A stretch of 64,000 nucleotides of DNA. Origin: Bacilli bacterium (lineage in GTDB: Bacteria > Bacillota_I > Bacilli_A > RF39 > UBA660). The notes under the pieces are model-generated. The model was not told where the DNA came from. It searched no databases and saw nothing but the letters and a program-made list of their open reading frames with translations. The stretch lies in the NCBI GenBank assembly GCA_016283935.1, contig JAEENX010000013.1, forward strand, positions 24,730-88,729, written 5' to 3'. The position numbers were made by a program, and so were the translations under genes. Below are positions 1 through 10,237 of the stretch, one piece after another. Every line of letters begins with the position of its first letter. Within the stretch, counting starts at the first letter, position 1.

Positions 1-662
1 AATATTTCTTCTAATCCATATGACTTTCTTGAATCAGCAAATTCATATCCAAATATTTTTATAAACGGAATAACATATTGACCTTCAAGATATTTATATT
101 TTTCACATGTTCTATGGTTAATTACTTTGAATATTTTTCCATCACAGCCAAGTTCAATATTTCTAGGATATTTTGTATCTATATATTTTATATATGACGA
201 AACATTATTTTCATGTCCTTTTAAACTATATTCAATTTCACAATCTAATCCATTATCTTTATGTTTTTGTTTATATACTAAACAATCATTATTATCTGAA
301 TCTACTGTTCTAATTAAAAATTCTTCATCAGAATTAATCTTATTAGTCTTTAAAACAAAAGGATATTTTTCATGATTAGATTGATCATTATAAATAGTTA
401 TACCATCAGTTAATTTAACGCATTCAGGATTCTTATCAGATACATCTAATCCAAATACTCTTATTCCATCTTCTTTCCTATATGAACATACATATAAATA
501 TCCTTCTTCATTTTTTACTCTAGTAAAAAAATATCTAGTACCATCGCAATCAATGAATGCTGGTTCACCAAGTTCACTAGTCAATCTTAAAACATGATCT
601 AAATAAACTGAAACACTTTCATATGATTCTTCACTTATTTTTTTAAAACTAATATCAGCCAT
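1..662 (-). CDS. Hypothetical protein, partial (runs off the window edge; absent from ORF track)
   Basis: ATG at 662 after GAAGGTGG RBS; open frame MADISFKKISEESYESVSVYLDHVLRL... continues to position 1. Confidence 0.75.
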   Translation of the reverse strand, partial: MADISFKKISEESYESVSVYLDHVLRLTSELGEPAFIDCDGTRYFFTRVKNEEGYLYVCSYRKEDGIRVFGLDVSDKNPECVKLTDGITIYNDQSNHEKYPFVLKTNKINSDEEFLIRTVDSDNNDCLVYKQKHKDNGLDCEIEYSLKGHENNVSSYIKYIDTKYPRNIELGCDGKIFKVINHRTCEKYKYLEGQYVIPFIKIFGYEFADSRKSYGLEEI

Positions 663-703
663 AATTCCACCTTCATTAAAAAAATATACTAACAAAAAAG
701 TTG

Positions 704-1240
704 CTAAATAGCAACTTTAAAATACTCTAAATTAGCTCTTTCATTTCCTAATGTTGTCATAGGTCCATGTCCTGGACATAAAGTAATATCATCAGGATAT
801 GCAAGTATCTTTTCAATAGATAATTTCATATCTAATGGGGATGCATCTTCTAAATCAATTCTTCCAATTCCATCTTTAAATATAAAATCACCACAGAACA
901 TTACTTTCTCTTGTTCAAAATATAATGTTATACAATCAGATTTATGTCCAGGTGTATAAATTATATTTATATCAAAATTTTCAATTTTATTAATACCCTC
1001 TTTAAGATTACTTAAACTATAAATTGGAACAGTATTCTTAGCTAAAATATCTCTTACTGCACCAATATGATCATCATGACTATGAGTAACAAATATTCCT
1101 ACTAATTTTTTATTAGGATTTAAATTATTTAATATCACATTAGCTTCAGCACCAGGGTCAATTATAATACAAGAATTACCTTTTTCAATGATATAACAAT
1201 TTGTTCTAAGTTGACCTACAATTAATGTTTTAAGATTCAT
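704..1240 (-). CDS. MBL-fold metallo-hydrolase (glyoxalase II/YcbL-like)
   Basis: THSHDDH, TPGH, GD and PGHG motifs; start moved to MNLKTL after AAGGGA RBS. Confidence 0.9.
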   Translation of the reverse strand: MNLKTLIVGQLRTNCYIIEKGNSCIIIDPGAEANVILNNLNPNKKLVGIFVTHSHDDHIGAVRDILAKNTVPIYSLSNLKEGINKIENFDINIIYTPGHKSDCITLYFEQEKVMFCGDFIFKDGIGRIDLEDASPLDMKLSIEKILAYPDDITLCPGHGPMTTLGNERANLEYFKVAI

Positions 1241-1299
1241 GTATATTCCCTTCTTTTCTACTTTAAAGTTCCATGTTATAATTATACTAGGTGAATAAT

Positions 1300-1848
1300 A
1301 TGAATGCAATACACATAGTTTTAATAACAATATTAATATTGACTACTATAATAGTTACACTATATATAAGAAAAAATAATAAATTAAAATTCTATAAAAG
1401 AAGAACAGAAGCAGCTGAAAAAGTTATAGAAGAAGAATTAGATATTAGATATGAATTAATAACATCATCAAAAGAAGTTGTTAAAAAAAATACTAAGATG
1501 GAATTAGATTTCTACAAAGATTTAGAAAAAACTAAAAGTGCTAATATAAATACAGTAGAATTTGAAAAACAATTAACTACAGCATTAGCAACTCTACATT
1601 TAATATCAAATGATTATCCAAAATTAAAAGATAAAAAAGATTTTAAAGAAATAATGAGAAAGCTAGATGAATCTGATACAAAGTTAGATGCGGCTAAATC
1701 ATTTTATAATTCAAACAATAATAAATTAAATACATTACTAAAACAATTCCCAACAAACATAATTGGTAAATTTAATAAATATAAAATAAGTCCAAATTAT
1801 GAAGCAAAAGAAATATTTAATGCAATTGAAGAAGACATAAGATTTTAA
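1300..1848 (+). CDS. LemA family protein
   Basis: N-terminal TM, YPKLK and YN...FPTNIIG motifs; AGGTGA RBS. Confidence 0.85.
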   Translation: MNAIHIVLITILILTTIIVTLYIRKNNKLKFYKRRTEAAEKVIEEELDIRYELITSSKEVVKKNTKMELDFYKDLEKTKSANINTVEFEKQLTTALATLHLISNDYPKLKDKKDFKEIMRKLDESDTKLDAAKSFYNSNNNKLNTLLKQFPTNIIGKFNKYKISPNYEAKEIFNAIEEDIRF

Positions 1849-1862
1849 TCTTATGTCTTTTT
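1832..1862. terminator. Bidirectional intrinsic terminator between lemA-like gene and ung
   Basis: Inverted repeat AAGACATAAGAT-TTTA-ATCTTATGTCTT between convergent genes. Confidence 0.75.
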
Positions 1863-2523
1863 AATTTAAATTCCAATCAATTTCTTTTATATTATTTTTC
1901 TTTAAAAATTCATTAGTTTTACTAAATGGTTTAGAACCAAAGAATCCATTGCGTGCACTAAAAGGAGATGGATGAGCACTTTCAATTACTAAATGTTTTT
2001 TATTAGTAATTAGTTCTTTTTTGCTTCTTGCAAAATTACCCCAAAGAATAAATACGACAGGTTCATCTTTTTCATTTAATACTCTTATAACATAATCAGT
2101 AAACTTATCCCATCCTAATTTAGCATGGCTATTAGGTGTATCTTTAATAACAGTTAATGTAGCATTTAATAATAATACCCCTTCTTTAGTCCATTTAGTT
2201 AAATCACCTGAAGTAACTGGTTTAAAACCAAGATCATCTTCTAATTCTTTATATATATTTTTTAAAGATGGAGGAAGCTTAATACCATCATGAACAGAAA
2301 AAGATAAGCCCATTGCTTCACCTTCTCCATGATATGGATCTTGTCCAACAATTACTACTTTAGTATCTTTGAAAGGTGTATTTTTTAAAGCTGCAAATAT
2401 ATCTTCTTTAGGAGGATAAATTGTTTTAGTGTTATATTCATTATCTATAATAGACATGAACTTTTTAAATCCTTCTGAATTCCAAATAACACTTAATTTA
2501 TTGTCCCAATCATTACCTATCAT
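1861..2523 (-). CDS. ung: Uracil-DNA glycosylase
   Basis: GQDPYH, GLSFS and HPSPFS family-1 UDG motifs. Confidence 0.97.
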   Translation of the reverse strand: MIGNDWDNKLSVIWNSEGFKKFMSIIDNEYNTKTIYPPKEDIFAALKNTPFKDTKVVIVGQDPYHGEGEAMGLSFSVHDGIKLPPSLKNIYKELEDDLGFKPVTSGDLTKWTKEGVLLLNATLTVIKDTPNSHAKLGWDKFTDYVIRVLNEKDEPVVFILWGNFARSKKELITNKKHLVIESAHPSPFSARNGFFGSKPFSKTNEFLKKNNIKEIDWNLN

Positions 2524-2579
2524 ATATATCACCTATAAACATTATAACATAATAAAAGAGAGTTAATTAACTCTCTTTA

Positions 2580-3986
2580 TTAGATAGTTTCGATCTTCAT
2601 TAAATTTGTGAATCCAATTTTACCAGCAACTAAACCACCAGTAATAACAATATTGTCTCCTTCATTTAATGAAGTGAATTCTTTAGCTTCTTTAATGCAT
2701 AAATCCATAAGTTCATTTAAGTCACTAGCAACATCAACAACTTTTGAATATACACCATAATTTAATGCTAATTTATTTGCAACATCATCGTTACCAACTA
2801 AAGCTAAAATTGGACATTTAGGTTCAAGATTAGAAATTAATCTTGCTGATGTACCAGATATAGTTGGAACAACAATTAATTTGGCATCTAAACTGTTCGC
2901 AGCTGTTGCAACTGATTTTATAACAGCATCAGTTGCATTTTCTACTTTCTTATCTGCAAAGATGTTTTTATAATCGATTGATTCTTCAATATGTTCACAG
3001 ATGTCAGCCATTGCTTTTACTGTTTCAACAACATATTCTCCTGTTGTTGTTTCTCCTGATAACATTACTGCATCAGTTCCGTTATAAACAGCATTAGCAA
3101 CGTCTGTAACTTCTGCTCTAGTAGGTCTAGGATTGTGTTTCATTGATTCTAACATTTCTGTTGCAACAATACACATTTTCTTATATTGTCTACATAATTT
3201 AACAATTTTCTTTTGACAAATTGGTAAGTCTGACATAGGAACTTCAACACCTAAGTCACCTCTTGCAACCATACATCCATCAGAAACTTTAACTATTTCT
3301 TCTAAGTTATCCATTCCCATTTGAGATTCAATTTTAGAGATAATTTTCATATCTTCTCTATTTTCACTCTTAAGAATTTCTCTAATAGCTAAAACATCTT
3401 CAGGTGTTTGTACAAAACTAGCTGCTAAGAAATCACCATCATGTCTACATGCATATATAATGTCTTCTCTATCTACATCTGAGATGAAAGGAATATTTAA
3501 GTTAACTCCAGGTGCAGATAAACTTTTTCTTGAGAACAATTTTCCACCATTAATAACTTCACATACTAAGTAATCAGAATACTTTTCAACAACTTTAATT
3601 TCCATCAAGCCATTTTCTAAAAGAATTATGTTACCAATTTCTAATGCATCAATTGCATTAGGATGGTTAAGGGAGAATTGAGAATTATCACCAATGACAT
3701 TATTTTTAACAATCTTAATAGTGTTGCCTTGGATTAAATCTATACCTTCAGGAATTACTTCGCCATTTCTGAATTCTGGTCCTTTAGTATCGTACAAAAT
3801 TCCAATATGAGTATTAAGGTTCTTTCTAACTGTTTTAACAGTATTTACAACTTGTTCTCTTTCTTCTATAGTTGCATGCGAGAAATTAATTCTAGCAATA
3901 TTCGCTCCTGCTTCAACCATTTTAGTAAATACTTCAACGCTTGAAGATGCAGGTCCTATACTTGTTACAATTTTTGTTTTCTTCAT
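2580..3986 (-). CDS. pyk: Pyruvate kinase
   Basis: KTKIVTSIGP, RINFSH, DTKGPE, MVARGDLGVE, DAVMLSGET. Confidence 0.98.
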   Translation of the reverse strand: MKKTKIVTSIGPASSSVEVFTKMVEAGANIARINFSHATIEEREQVVNTVKTVRKNLNTHIGILYDTKGPEFRNGEVIPEGIDLIQGNTIKIVKNNVIGDNSQFSLNHPNAIDALEIGNIILLENGLMEIKVVEKYSDYLVCEVINGGKLFSRKSLSAPGVNLNIPFISDVDREDIIYACRHDGDFLAASFVQTPEDVLAIREILKSENREDMKIISKIESQMGMDNLEEIVKVSDGCMVARGDLGVEVPMSDLPICQKKIVKLCRQYKKMCIVATEMLESMKHNPRPTRAEVTDVANAVYNGTDAVMLSGETTTGEYVVETVKAMADICEHIEESIDYKNIFADKKVENATDAVIKSVATAANSLDAKLIVVPTISGTSARLISNLEPKCPILALVGNDDVANKLALNYGVYSKVVDVASDLNELMDLCIKEAKEFTSLNEGDNIVITGGLVAGKIGFTNLMKIETI

Positions 3987-4071
3987 CTTAAAACACACTC
4001 CTTTTTTAGACGCGAACAGAAGACATTATACCAAATTTAAAATTAGAATGTCAAGCATAAAAAAAGAACTA

Positions 4072-4506
4072 TCATTTATGATAGCTCTCATTGTTTAAAA
4101 TCTTAAATGATCTATATATTTGTTCTAATAACAAACATCTAAATACACCATGAGGATACGTATTTTTTCCAAAAGATAATCTATAATTTGATTTTTCTAA
4201 AACTCTAGGATCTATACCATCAGACCCTCCAATAATAAAAGTAATTGTAGGATAACTAATAAATGTTTTATCAATTAAATCTGATAATTCTATAGAAGTT
4301 AAATTTTTTCCATTTATCTCCATTGTTACCACAAAATCTTTATTATTTAAATGTTTTAAAATTAAATCTCCTTCTTCGTTAATATTACTATCTTTTAATT
4401 CAATAATATTAACTTTATGATATTTAGTTAATCTAGTTAAATAATCATTACTCATATCAACTAAATACTTATCTTTTAATTTACCTACACATATTATATT
4501 TATCAT
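4072..4506 (-). CDS. rlmH: 23S rRNA pseudouridine-1915 N3-methyltransferase
   Basis: VGKLK, FIIGGSDG, EQIYR...YHK motifs. Confidence 0.96.
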   Translation of the reverse strand: MINIICVGKLKDKYLVDMSNDYLTRLTKYHKVNIIELKDSNINEEGDLILKHLNNKDFVVTMEINGKNLTSIELSDLIDKTFISYPTITFIIGGSDGIDPRVLEKSNYRLSFGKNTYPHGVFRCLLLEQIYRSFKILNNESYHK

Positions 4507-5273
4507 TAAATTTCTATATCCAATCTTTCTCTTTGTTTAGCAACATCAATATTTTTGAATTTAACATCGTTTTCTTTTAATTCATTTAATACATCCTCTA
4601 AAGCTATATCTGGACTATTATTTTCTTTAGATATATGTGCAAGAATTACTTTTTTAGTATCTTCACCTATTATCTTACTCAAATAAAAACCTGCTTGATG
4701 ATTAGACAAGTGGCCTGTATCAGATGCTACTCTCTTTTTTAACCATGATGGATATCTTCCATGCATTAACATTTCAATATCATGATTACTTTCAAAAATA
4801 TATAATGTTTTATTGCTTAATTTATCAAATAATTTGTGATTTATATATCCAGTATCAGTACAATATACAACTGACTTATTATCATTTGTAATAATATAAC
4901 CTCTTGAACCAGGAGCATCATGACTTGTTTTATATATTTCAACATTGATATCATCTAATTCAAATGGTCCTTTACTGAATTCTAAATTATCATATTCTTT
5001 TAAGAAATCCATTGCTGGATCTTCAAACATTTTTTCATCAACATATACACGAGGATGATTTTTGTTTAGGAATACTTTTAATGCACCAATATGATCTGAA
5101 TGTGAATGAGTAATAAATATAGAATCTATTTCACTTTCTTCAATACCAAGCTCATTTAGATTATCTTTAATATATTTATTATTCATTCCACAATCAATTA
5201 ATAATTTATGTTTTTCAGTTTTTACTAAAACTGAATTTCCCTCAGACCCACTACAAAGTATAGATACTAACAT
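4506..5273 (-). CDS. MBL-fold hydrolase, YycJ/WalJ-like exonuclease
   Basis: SGSEGN, THSHSDH, SHDA, TDTG, ESNHD, GHLSN; located upstream of rlmH. Confidence 0.85.
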   Translation of the reverse strand: MLVSILCSGSEGNSVLVKTEKHKLLIDCGMNNKYIKDNLNELGIEESEIDSIFITHSHSDHIGALKVFLNKNHPRVYVDEKMFEDPAMDFLKEYDNLEFSKGPFELDDINVEIYKTSHDAPGSRGYIITNDNKSVVYCTDTGYINHKLFDKLSNKTLYIFESNHDIEMLMHGRYPSWLKKRVASDTGHLSNHQAGFYLSKIIGEDTKKVILAHISKENNSPDIALEDVLNELKENDVKFKNIDVAKQRERLDIEI

Positions 5274-6787
5274 CTAAACACACTTCTACATGGATCTACT
5301 ACTGAAGAACCAGGTTGATATGGAGGTGCATTTAACCAAATACCTAAGTGTAAGTGTGTACCTGTTGAGAATCCTGTACTACCCATAGATCCAATTCTTT
5401 GTCCTTTTGTTACATGTTGTCCAACAGAACATTGAATCTTAGATAAGTGCATGTATTGGCTATATAATGTATCACTATGTTTAATAACTATATAGTTACC
5501 TTCGTTTGAACCATATCCAGTTTTATAAACTTCACCATCAGCAATTGATAAAATTGGAGAACCATAACCTGTACCAGAAATATCGATACCTTTATGGAAA
5601 GTACCCCAACGATACTCAAATCTAGAAGTAATAATGAATGGTGATAATGTTGGCCATGCATAACTACCATCAGCAGTATATGTAGGATTGTAATCAATCC
5701 AACTACCAATCTTCTTAGTACCTTTAGTAACTACTTCATTAACTGGAGCTTTTAAAACATCTGATTGTATGATTTTAAGGTCTTGAATAACACCATTAAC
5801 ATACTTAATGTCTTGAGTAACTCTAGTTATACCATTTTCACCTTTAGTAGTAACTTCGCTATAATCAACATATTTACTACTATCAGTAACTACATCTTGT
5901 TTATAAGCAACTTCAATATCACTTACTGCTTCTTTTCTATATGTAACATCCAACAATGGATTAATTAAGTCTACATTAACTTTAGCTCCTGCAGTTAATA
6001 ACACATCTTTTGTTTTATAATTTGGATTTGCTATTAATAATTCTTCAATATTTAAACTATTCTTATCAGCTATACTTTGTAAGTTTTCACCTTCAGATAT
6101 AGTATAAGTATTATGTTGATTAATAGAGCCATATAATAAATATTGGCTTAATTCTTCTACATTTTCTAATATTGTTTTATCAGTAGATATTAATGCTTTT
6201 TTAATTGTAATAGTTTCAGCAAAATATACAGAAGTGATGATATCACCTGTATCTGTGATTTCTGCTTGTGTATTATTTTCAAAATTCTTCAAATTTTCAG
6301 TTCCAATAAATGCTGCTGCAGTATTATATAAAGCAGGCTCTAATATATCTCTATTTAAAATATAAATATGTTGAGCTTCACGATCTTCAGCTTTAATAGT
6401 TTCACCATCGTTAATGACTTTATCTTCATTATATGTGATAGTAACATCATAACCTTCAACAGTAAATTTTTCTGAATCTTTAATATTATTATATATTTCA
6501 TTAACGTTAGATAAATTAGTGTTATAAGTATATATTTTTTCAATATCTAATCCATTTGGAGGATATACTTTATCAACACCATATTCTTCTTTAATAGAGC
6601 TTTGTTCTTTATCGATTAAGTTTAATAATTCATCTTTGGAAGCAATTAATCCCATCTTTTTACCATCTAGATATACTTGATAAACTTCTAAAGGAGTTCC
6701 TGATACTTTTTTACTTAATCCAACAATGATTAACAATGCTGCAACAACAAATGTTAAAACCGCCCCTATTATTTTCTTTTTATCCAT
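5267..6787 (-). CDS. M23 family peptidoglycan endopeptidase with LysM and G5 domains
   Basis: N-terminal TM, LysM (YTISEGENLQSIA), G5-like segment, HKGID and HLH zinc motifs. Confidence 0.92.
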   Translation of the reverse strand: MDKKKIIGAVLTFVVAALLIIVGLSKKVSGTPLEVYQVYLDGKKMGLIASKDELLNLIDKEQSSIKEEYGVDKVYPPNGLDIEKIYTYNTNLSNVNEIYNNIKDSEKFTVEGYDVTITYNEDKVINDGETIKAEDREAQHIYILNRDILEPALYNTAAAFIGTENLKNFENNTQAEITDTGDIITSVYFAETITIKKALISTDKTILENVEELSQYLLYGSINQHNTYTISEGENLQSIADKNSLNIEELLIANPNYKTKDVLLTAGAKVNVDLINPLLDVTYRKEAVSDIEVAYKQDVVTDSSKYVDYSEVTTKGENGITRVTQDIKYVNGVIQDLKIIQSDVLKAPVNEVVTKGTKKIGSWIDYNPTYTADGSYAWPTLSPFIITSRFEYRWGTFHKGIDISGTGYGSPILSIADGEVYKTGYGSNEGNYIVIKHSDTLYSQYMHLSKIQCSVGQHVTKGQRIGSMGSTGFSTGTHLHLGIWLNAPPYQPGSSVVDPCRSVFRC

Positions 6788-6797
6788 TTATAATCAC

Positions 6798-8156
6798 CTA
6801 ATCTTCTGGATTTTCATTTCCAGCATCAATATAATTACAGAAATTACTATAAATTCTTTCAAATGTTAAGAATATAGTTTTAGTAGCACCATTACGGTTC
6901 TTACCAATAATAAATTCTGATTTAGAAATACCGACATCAGTAGCTTGTTTATTATAATAATCATCACGATATAGGAATCCAATGATATCGGCATCTTGTT
7001 CTATTTGTCCAGACTCTCTTAAGTCTGACATCATAGGTCTCTTATCTTCTCTACCTTCAACTTGTCTACTTAATTGCGCTAAGGCAATAACTGGAATTCC
7101 TAATTCCATAGCCAACATTTTTAATTTTCTTGATACATCAGATATTTCTTGTACTCTGTTATTACCATATCCTGATCCACCAGAAATTAATTGTAAGTAG
7201 TCGATGATAATTAAACCTAAATTTTCTTTTTCAGCTAATCTTCTACACTTAGTAGTTAATTCACCAATTGTTACACCTGGTGTATCTTCAAAGAATAATG
7301 GAAGCCCATCCAATTCAGACATTGCTTCATTAACTTTCTTCCAATCTTCTTGATTTAATTTACCAGTCATTAATTTTCCACCTTCAATTGCACCTCTTGA
7401 AGAAATCATTCTCATGATTAATTGTTCGGCACTCATTTCAAGGTTGAATATAGCAACTGCTTTTCCTGATTGGATAGCAGCATTAGCAGCTACATTTAAT
7501 GCAAATGCAGTTTTACCCATACCTGGACGAGCAGCAATGATAATTAATTGATTTGGATGTAATCCGGCAGTTAATTTATCAAAGTCTACAAAGCCTGTAG
7601 GTAAACCTGTAACATCGCTTGCTTGTTTAGATAATGCTTCAAGATTTTCTCTTGCTGATTTTAAAACACCACCAACAGTTTTAAATTCTCCAGATTTCTT
7701 TTGTTTAGTAATTTGGAAAATATCTTTTTCAGCACTATCAATCATTTCATTAGTGTCATTTATTTCATCTCTAGCAGTTCTTTCAATAGATTCACATGCA
7801 TTAATAAGTTTTCTTCTTAATGCCTTATCTCTAACAATATTGATATATGATTCAACATTTGAAGCAGATACTACAGAATCAATAACTTCACTTAAATATG
7901 CTAAACCACCTATTTTATTAATTGAACCATTCTTTTCAATTTCATTAACTAAAATAGTTGTATCAATATTTTCATTTCTATTATGTAATGATTTCATGGC
8001 TGCAAATATTAATGAATTTCTTTCATCATAAAACATGTCAGGTGTTAAATCATCACATAGTTTAGTCAATGCTGTTTTAGATAAAAAGCCACAACCTAAA
8101 GCATTCATTTCTGCTTCTAAGTTAGCTGGTTCTTTTCTTTCAACTACTTGAGCCAT
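6798..8156 (-). CDS. dnaB: Replicative DNA helicase
   Basis: ARPGMGKT Walker A, IDYLQL, SDLRESGQIEQDAD. Confidence 0.98.
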   Translation of the reverse strand: MAQVVERKEPANLEAEMNALGCGFLSKTALTKLCDDLTPDMFYDERNSLIFAAMKSLHNRNENIDTTILVNEIEKNGSINKIGGLAYLSEVIDSVVSASNVESYINIVRDKALRRKLINACESIERTARDEINDTNEMIDSAEKDIFQITKQKKSGEFKTVGGVLKSARENLEALSKQASDVTGLPTGFVDFDKLTAGLHPNQLIIIAARPGMGKTAFALNVAANAAIQSGKAVAIFNLEMSAEQLIMRMISSRGAIEGGKLMTGKLNQEDWKKVNEAMSELDGLPLFFEDTPGVTIGELTTKCRRLAEKENLGLIIIDYLQLISGGSGYGNNRVQEISDVSRKLKMLAMELGIPVIALAQLSRQVEGREDKRPMMSDLRESGQIEQDADIIGFLYRDDYYNKQATDVGISKSEFIIGKNRNGATKTIFLTFERIYSNFCNYIDAGNENPED

Positions 8157-8167
8157 ATAATCATCTC

Positions 8168-8605
8168 CTATTCTGCTATTATTTTTATTTCTGCTACAAC
8201 TTTCTTATGTAAGTTAAGTTTAACAATATGCGTTCCTAATGAATTAATGTCATGATCTAATTCAACAATCTTTTTATCGATATCATAACCATTCTTTTTT
8301 AATTCATCAGCAATTTGTTTAGTGCTTATTGTACCAAACATCTTACCATCTTTACCACTCTTTGTTTTAAACTTAAAGCTTTTCTTTTCAAGTTCTTTTT
8401 TTAATTCTTCACATTTTTTTATTAATGCTTCTTCTGCATCAGCTCTATCTTTTAATTTGTGATCTAATTGTTTCTTGTTACCTTCATTATAAGGAACAGC
8501 TAAACCTTTATTAATTAAAAAGTTTTGAGCATAACCATCTGAAACATTTATAATGTCATCTTTTTTTCCTTGTTTTTTAACATCTTGAAGTAATATTACT
8601 TTCAT
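8168..8605 (-). CDS. rplI: 50S ribosomal protein L9
   Basis: MKVILLQDVKKQGKKDDIINVSDGYAQNFL. Confidence 0.98.
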   Translation of the reverse strand: MKVILLQDVKKQGKKDDIINVSDGYAQNFLINKGLAVPYNEGNKKQLDHKLKDRADAEEALIKKCEELKKELEKKSFKFKTKSGKDGKMFGTISTKQIADELKKNGYDIDKKIVELDHDINSLGTHIVKLNLHKKVVAEIKIIAE

Positions 8606-8675
8606 TGTAAACACTCCTTCCATGTGCTTATATTATACCAAATATAGTAAATATATTAAATAAAAAAGATAGTAA

Positions 8676-9185
8676 TTAATTACTATCTTCTTTTATTTCT
8701 TTAATACTCCATGAGTATCTAGTAAAAATTAATATCTTTTTCTTAGTTTTTGTTAATTCATATTTTTTAGTAGTATCAACATCTACTATATATTTGTTAT
8801 TTTTAAATAACTTTCCATCAATATATTTATATCTAGCTGTAAATGAATCTTTTTCACTTGCGGGTATTTCAACTAAGTCTTCTGTTGTTGCAATCTTTGA
8901 ATATTCAATTTTATATGTAGTTGAATTATCCTCAGATTTCTTATCGTTATAAATTCTTAATAAATAATCACCATCATTAGTTTTATAAACATAATCATAT
9001 GCCCAAGTATGTAATGTCCAACCACCTGATATATTTTCAACAATATCAATTAAGTCTCCTTTGATTTTAATATTTGCTTTCTTTTGAAAATTATCAATTA
9101 CTTCTTCTCTTTCATTTTGAGATGTACAACCTACTAATAAAAAAACTGAGCAAATTGTTAATAAAATATATAAAGCTTTTTTCAT
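8676..9185 (-). CDS. Hypothetical lipoprotein
   Basis: MKK + hydrophobic segment + LVGC lipobox; own promoter and AGGTGA RBS. Confidence 0.75.
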   Translation of the reverse strand: MKKALYILLTICSVFLLVGCTSQNEREEVIDNFQKKANIKIKGDLIDIVENISGGWTLHTWAYDYVYKTNDGDYLLRIYNDKKSEDNSTTYKIEYSKIATTEDLVEIPASEKDSFTARYKYIDGKLFKNNKYIVDVDTTKKYELTKTKKKILIFTRYSWSIKEIKEDSN

Positions 9186-9241
9186 ATTCTCACCTAGAAT
9201 AATTATAACATACAATAAAAAAAGATAGTTTAAAAACTATC

Positions 9242-9457
9242 TTACTTAACGTCAGCAATAATTGCCATAAAACGTGCTCTTTTAACTTGTTGAGCAATGT
9301 GTTTTTGATGTTTAGCACAAGCTCCAGTCATTCTTCTTGGCATTATTTTGCCTTTTTCATTTATATATTTAGTAATAACGTTAGCATCTTTGTAGTCAAC
9401 GTCTTTACCAGCACACATTTGACAAATTTTTTTCTTTTTTCTATAAAATTCTGCCAT
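9242..9457 (-). CDS. rpsR: 30S ribosomal protein S18 (zinc-binding C+ type)
   Basis: CQMC, VDYKD, GKIMPRRMTGACAKHQ. Confidence 0.98.
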   Translation of the reverse strand: MAEFYRKKKKICQMCAGKDVDYKDANVITKYINEKGKIMPRRMTGACAKHQKHIAQQVKRARFMAIIADVK

Positions 9458-9476
9458 TATTATTTACCTTTCCTTT

Positions 9477-9935
9477 CTAGAATGGAAGGTCATCGTCACT
9501 TAAAGTTACCTCACTACCGAAATCTTTATAAGGATCTTCAGCTAAATCCATAGGTTCAACTTCAGATGATGAAGACATACCATAATCTGTTCCACTTTCT
9601 TCAGATGATGGTGTGGAATCATTTTTACCACCAACAAAAGTAACATTATTAGCAACAACCTCAGTAACATATCTCTTAGTTCCATCTTGAGCATCATATG
9701 ATCTTGATGAAATTCTACCATTTACAGCAACTTGAGTTCCCTTTTTGCAATATTTGCAAACATTATCAGCAGTATTTCTCCATGCTACGATTTGAATAAA
9801 ATCAGCTTCATTTTGATTAGTACTACTATTCCAATGATCTACAGCAATTGTAAAAGTACAAGTTGATAATCCACTAGTAGTTGTTCTTAATTCTGGGTCT
9901 TTTGTAAGTCTTCCGACTAAACATGCTATATTCAT
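9477..9935 (-). CDS. ssb: Single-stranded DNA-binding protein
   Basis: LVGRLTKDPELR N-terminus and DDDLPF tail. Confidence 0.98.
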   Translation of the reverse strand: MNIACLVGRLTKDPELRTTTSGLSTCTFTIAVDHWNSSTNQNEADFIQIVAWRNTADNVCKYCKKGTQVAVNGRISSRSYDAQDGTKRYVTEVVANNVTFVGGKNDSTPSSEESGTDYGMSSSSEVEPMDLAEDPYKDFGSEVTLSDDDLPF

Positions 9936-9942
9936 ATATTAA

Positions 9943-10233
9943 TTACTCCTCATCTAATCTGATAATCATGTGTCTTAAAACACTTTCATCGATTCTAGCT
10001 TTACGATCTACTTCAGCAACGATTTCTGGAGTAGCTTCAAAGTTAAATACATAGTAATAACCAGTAGCTTCCTTTTTGATTGGGTAAGCTAATTTTTTGT
10101 TTCCTAAATTTTTAGAATCAGTTAATTTTCCCTTCATAGAAGAAATAATATCTTCATATGCTTTAGAAACTTTGTTAGCTGCTTCTTCATCTAGTGTTGT
10201 TTTTACTATGAACATCATTTCATATTTGTTCAT
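9943..10233 (-). CDS. rpsF: 30S ribosomal protein S6
   Basis: MNKYEMMFI, KKLAYPIKK, VLRHMII; GGAGGTG RBS. Confidence 0.98.
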   Translation of the reverse strand: MNKYEMMFIVKTTLDEEAANKVSKAYEDIISSMKGKLTDSKNLGNKKLAYPIKKEATGYYYVFNFEATPEIVAEVDRKARIDESVLRHMIIRLDEE

Positions 10234-10237
10234 TCTT

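Noticed and set aside
127..375. Short antisense or nested ORFs in the track (e.g. 127-375, 5488-5709, 6982-7200, 11313-11636, 29187-29384, 33466-33733, 57471-57875)
   Set aside because: They overlap well-supported genes, lack RBSs and motifs, and look like shadow frames; the repetitive 29187-29384 peptide is just another frame of the 15-bp repeat
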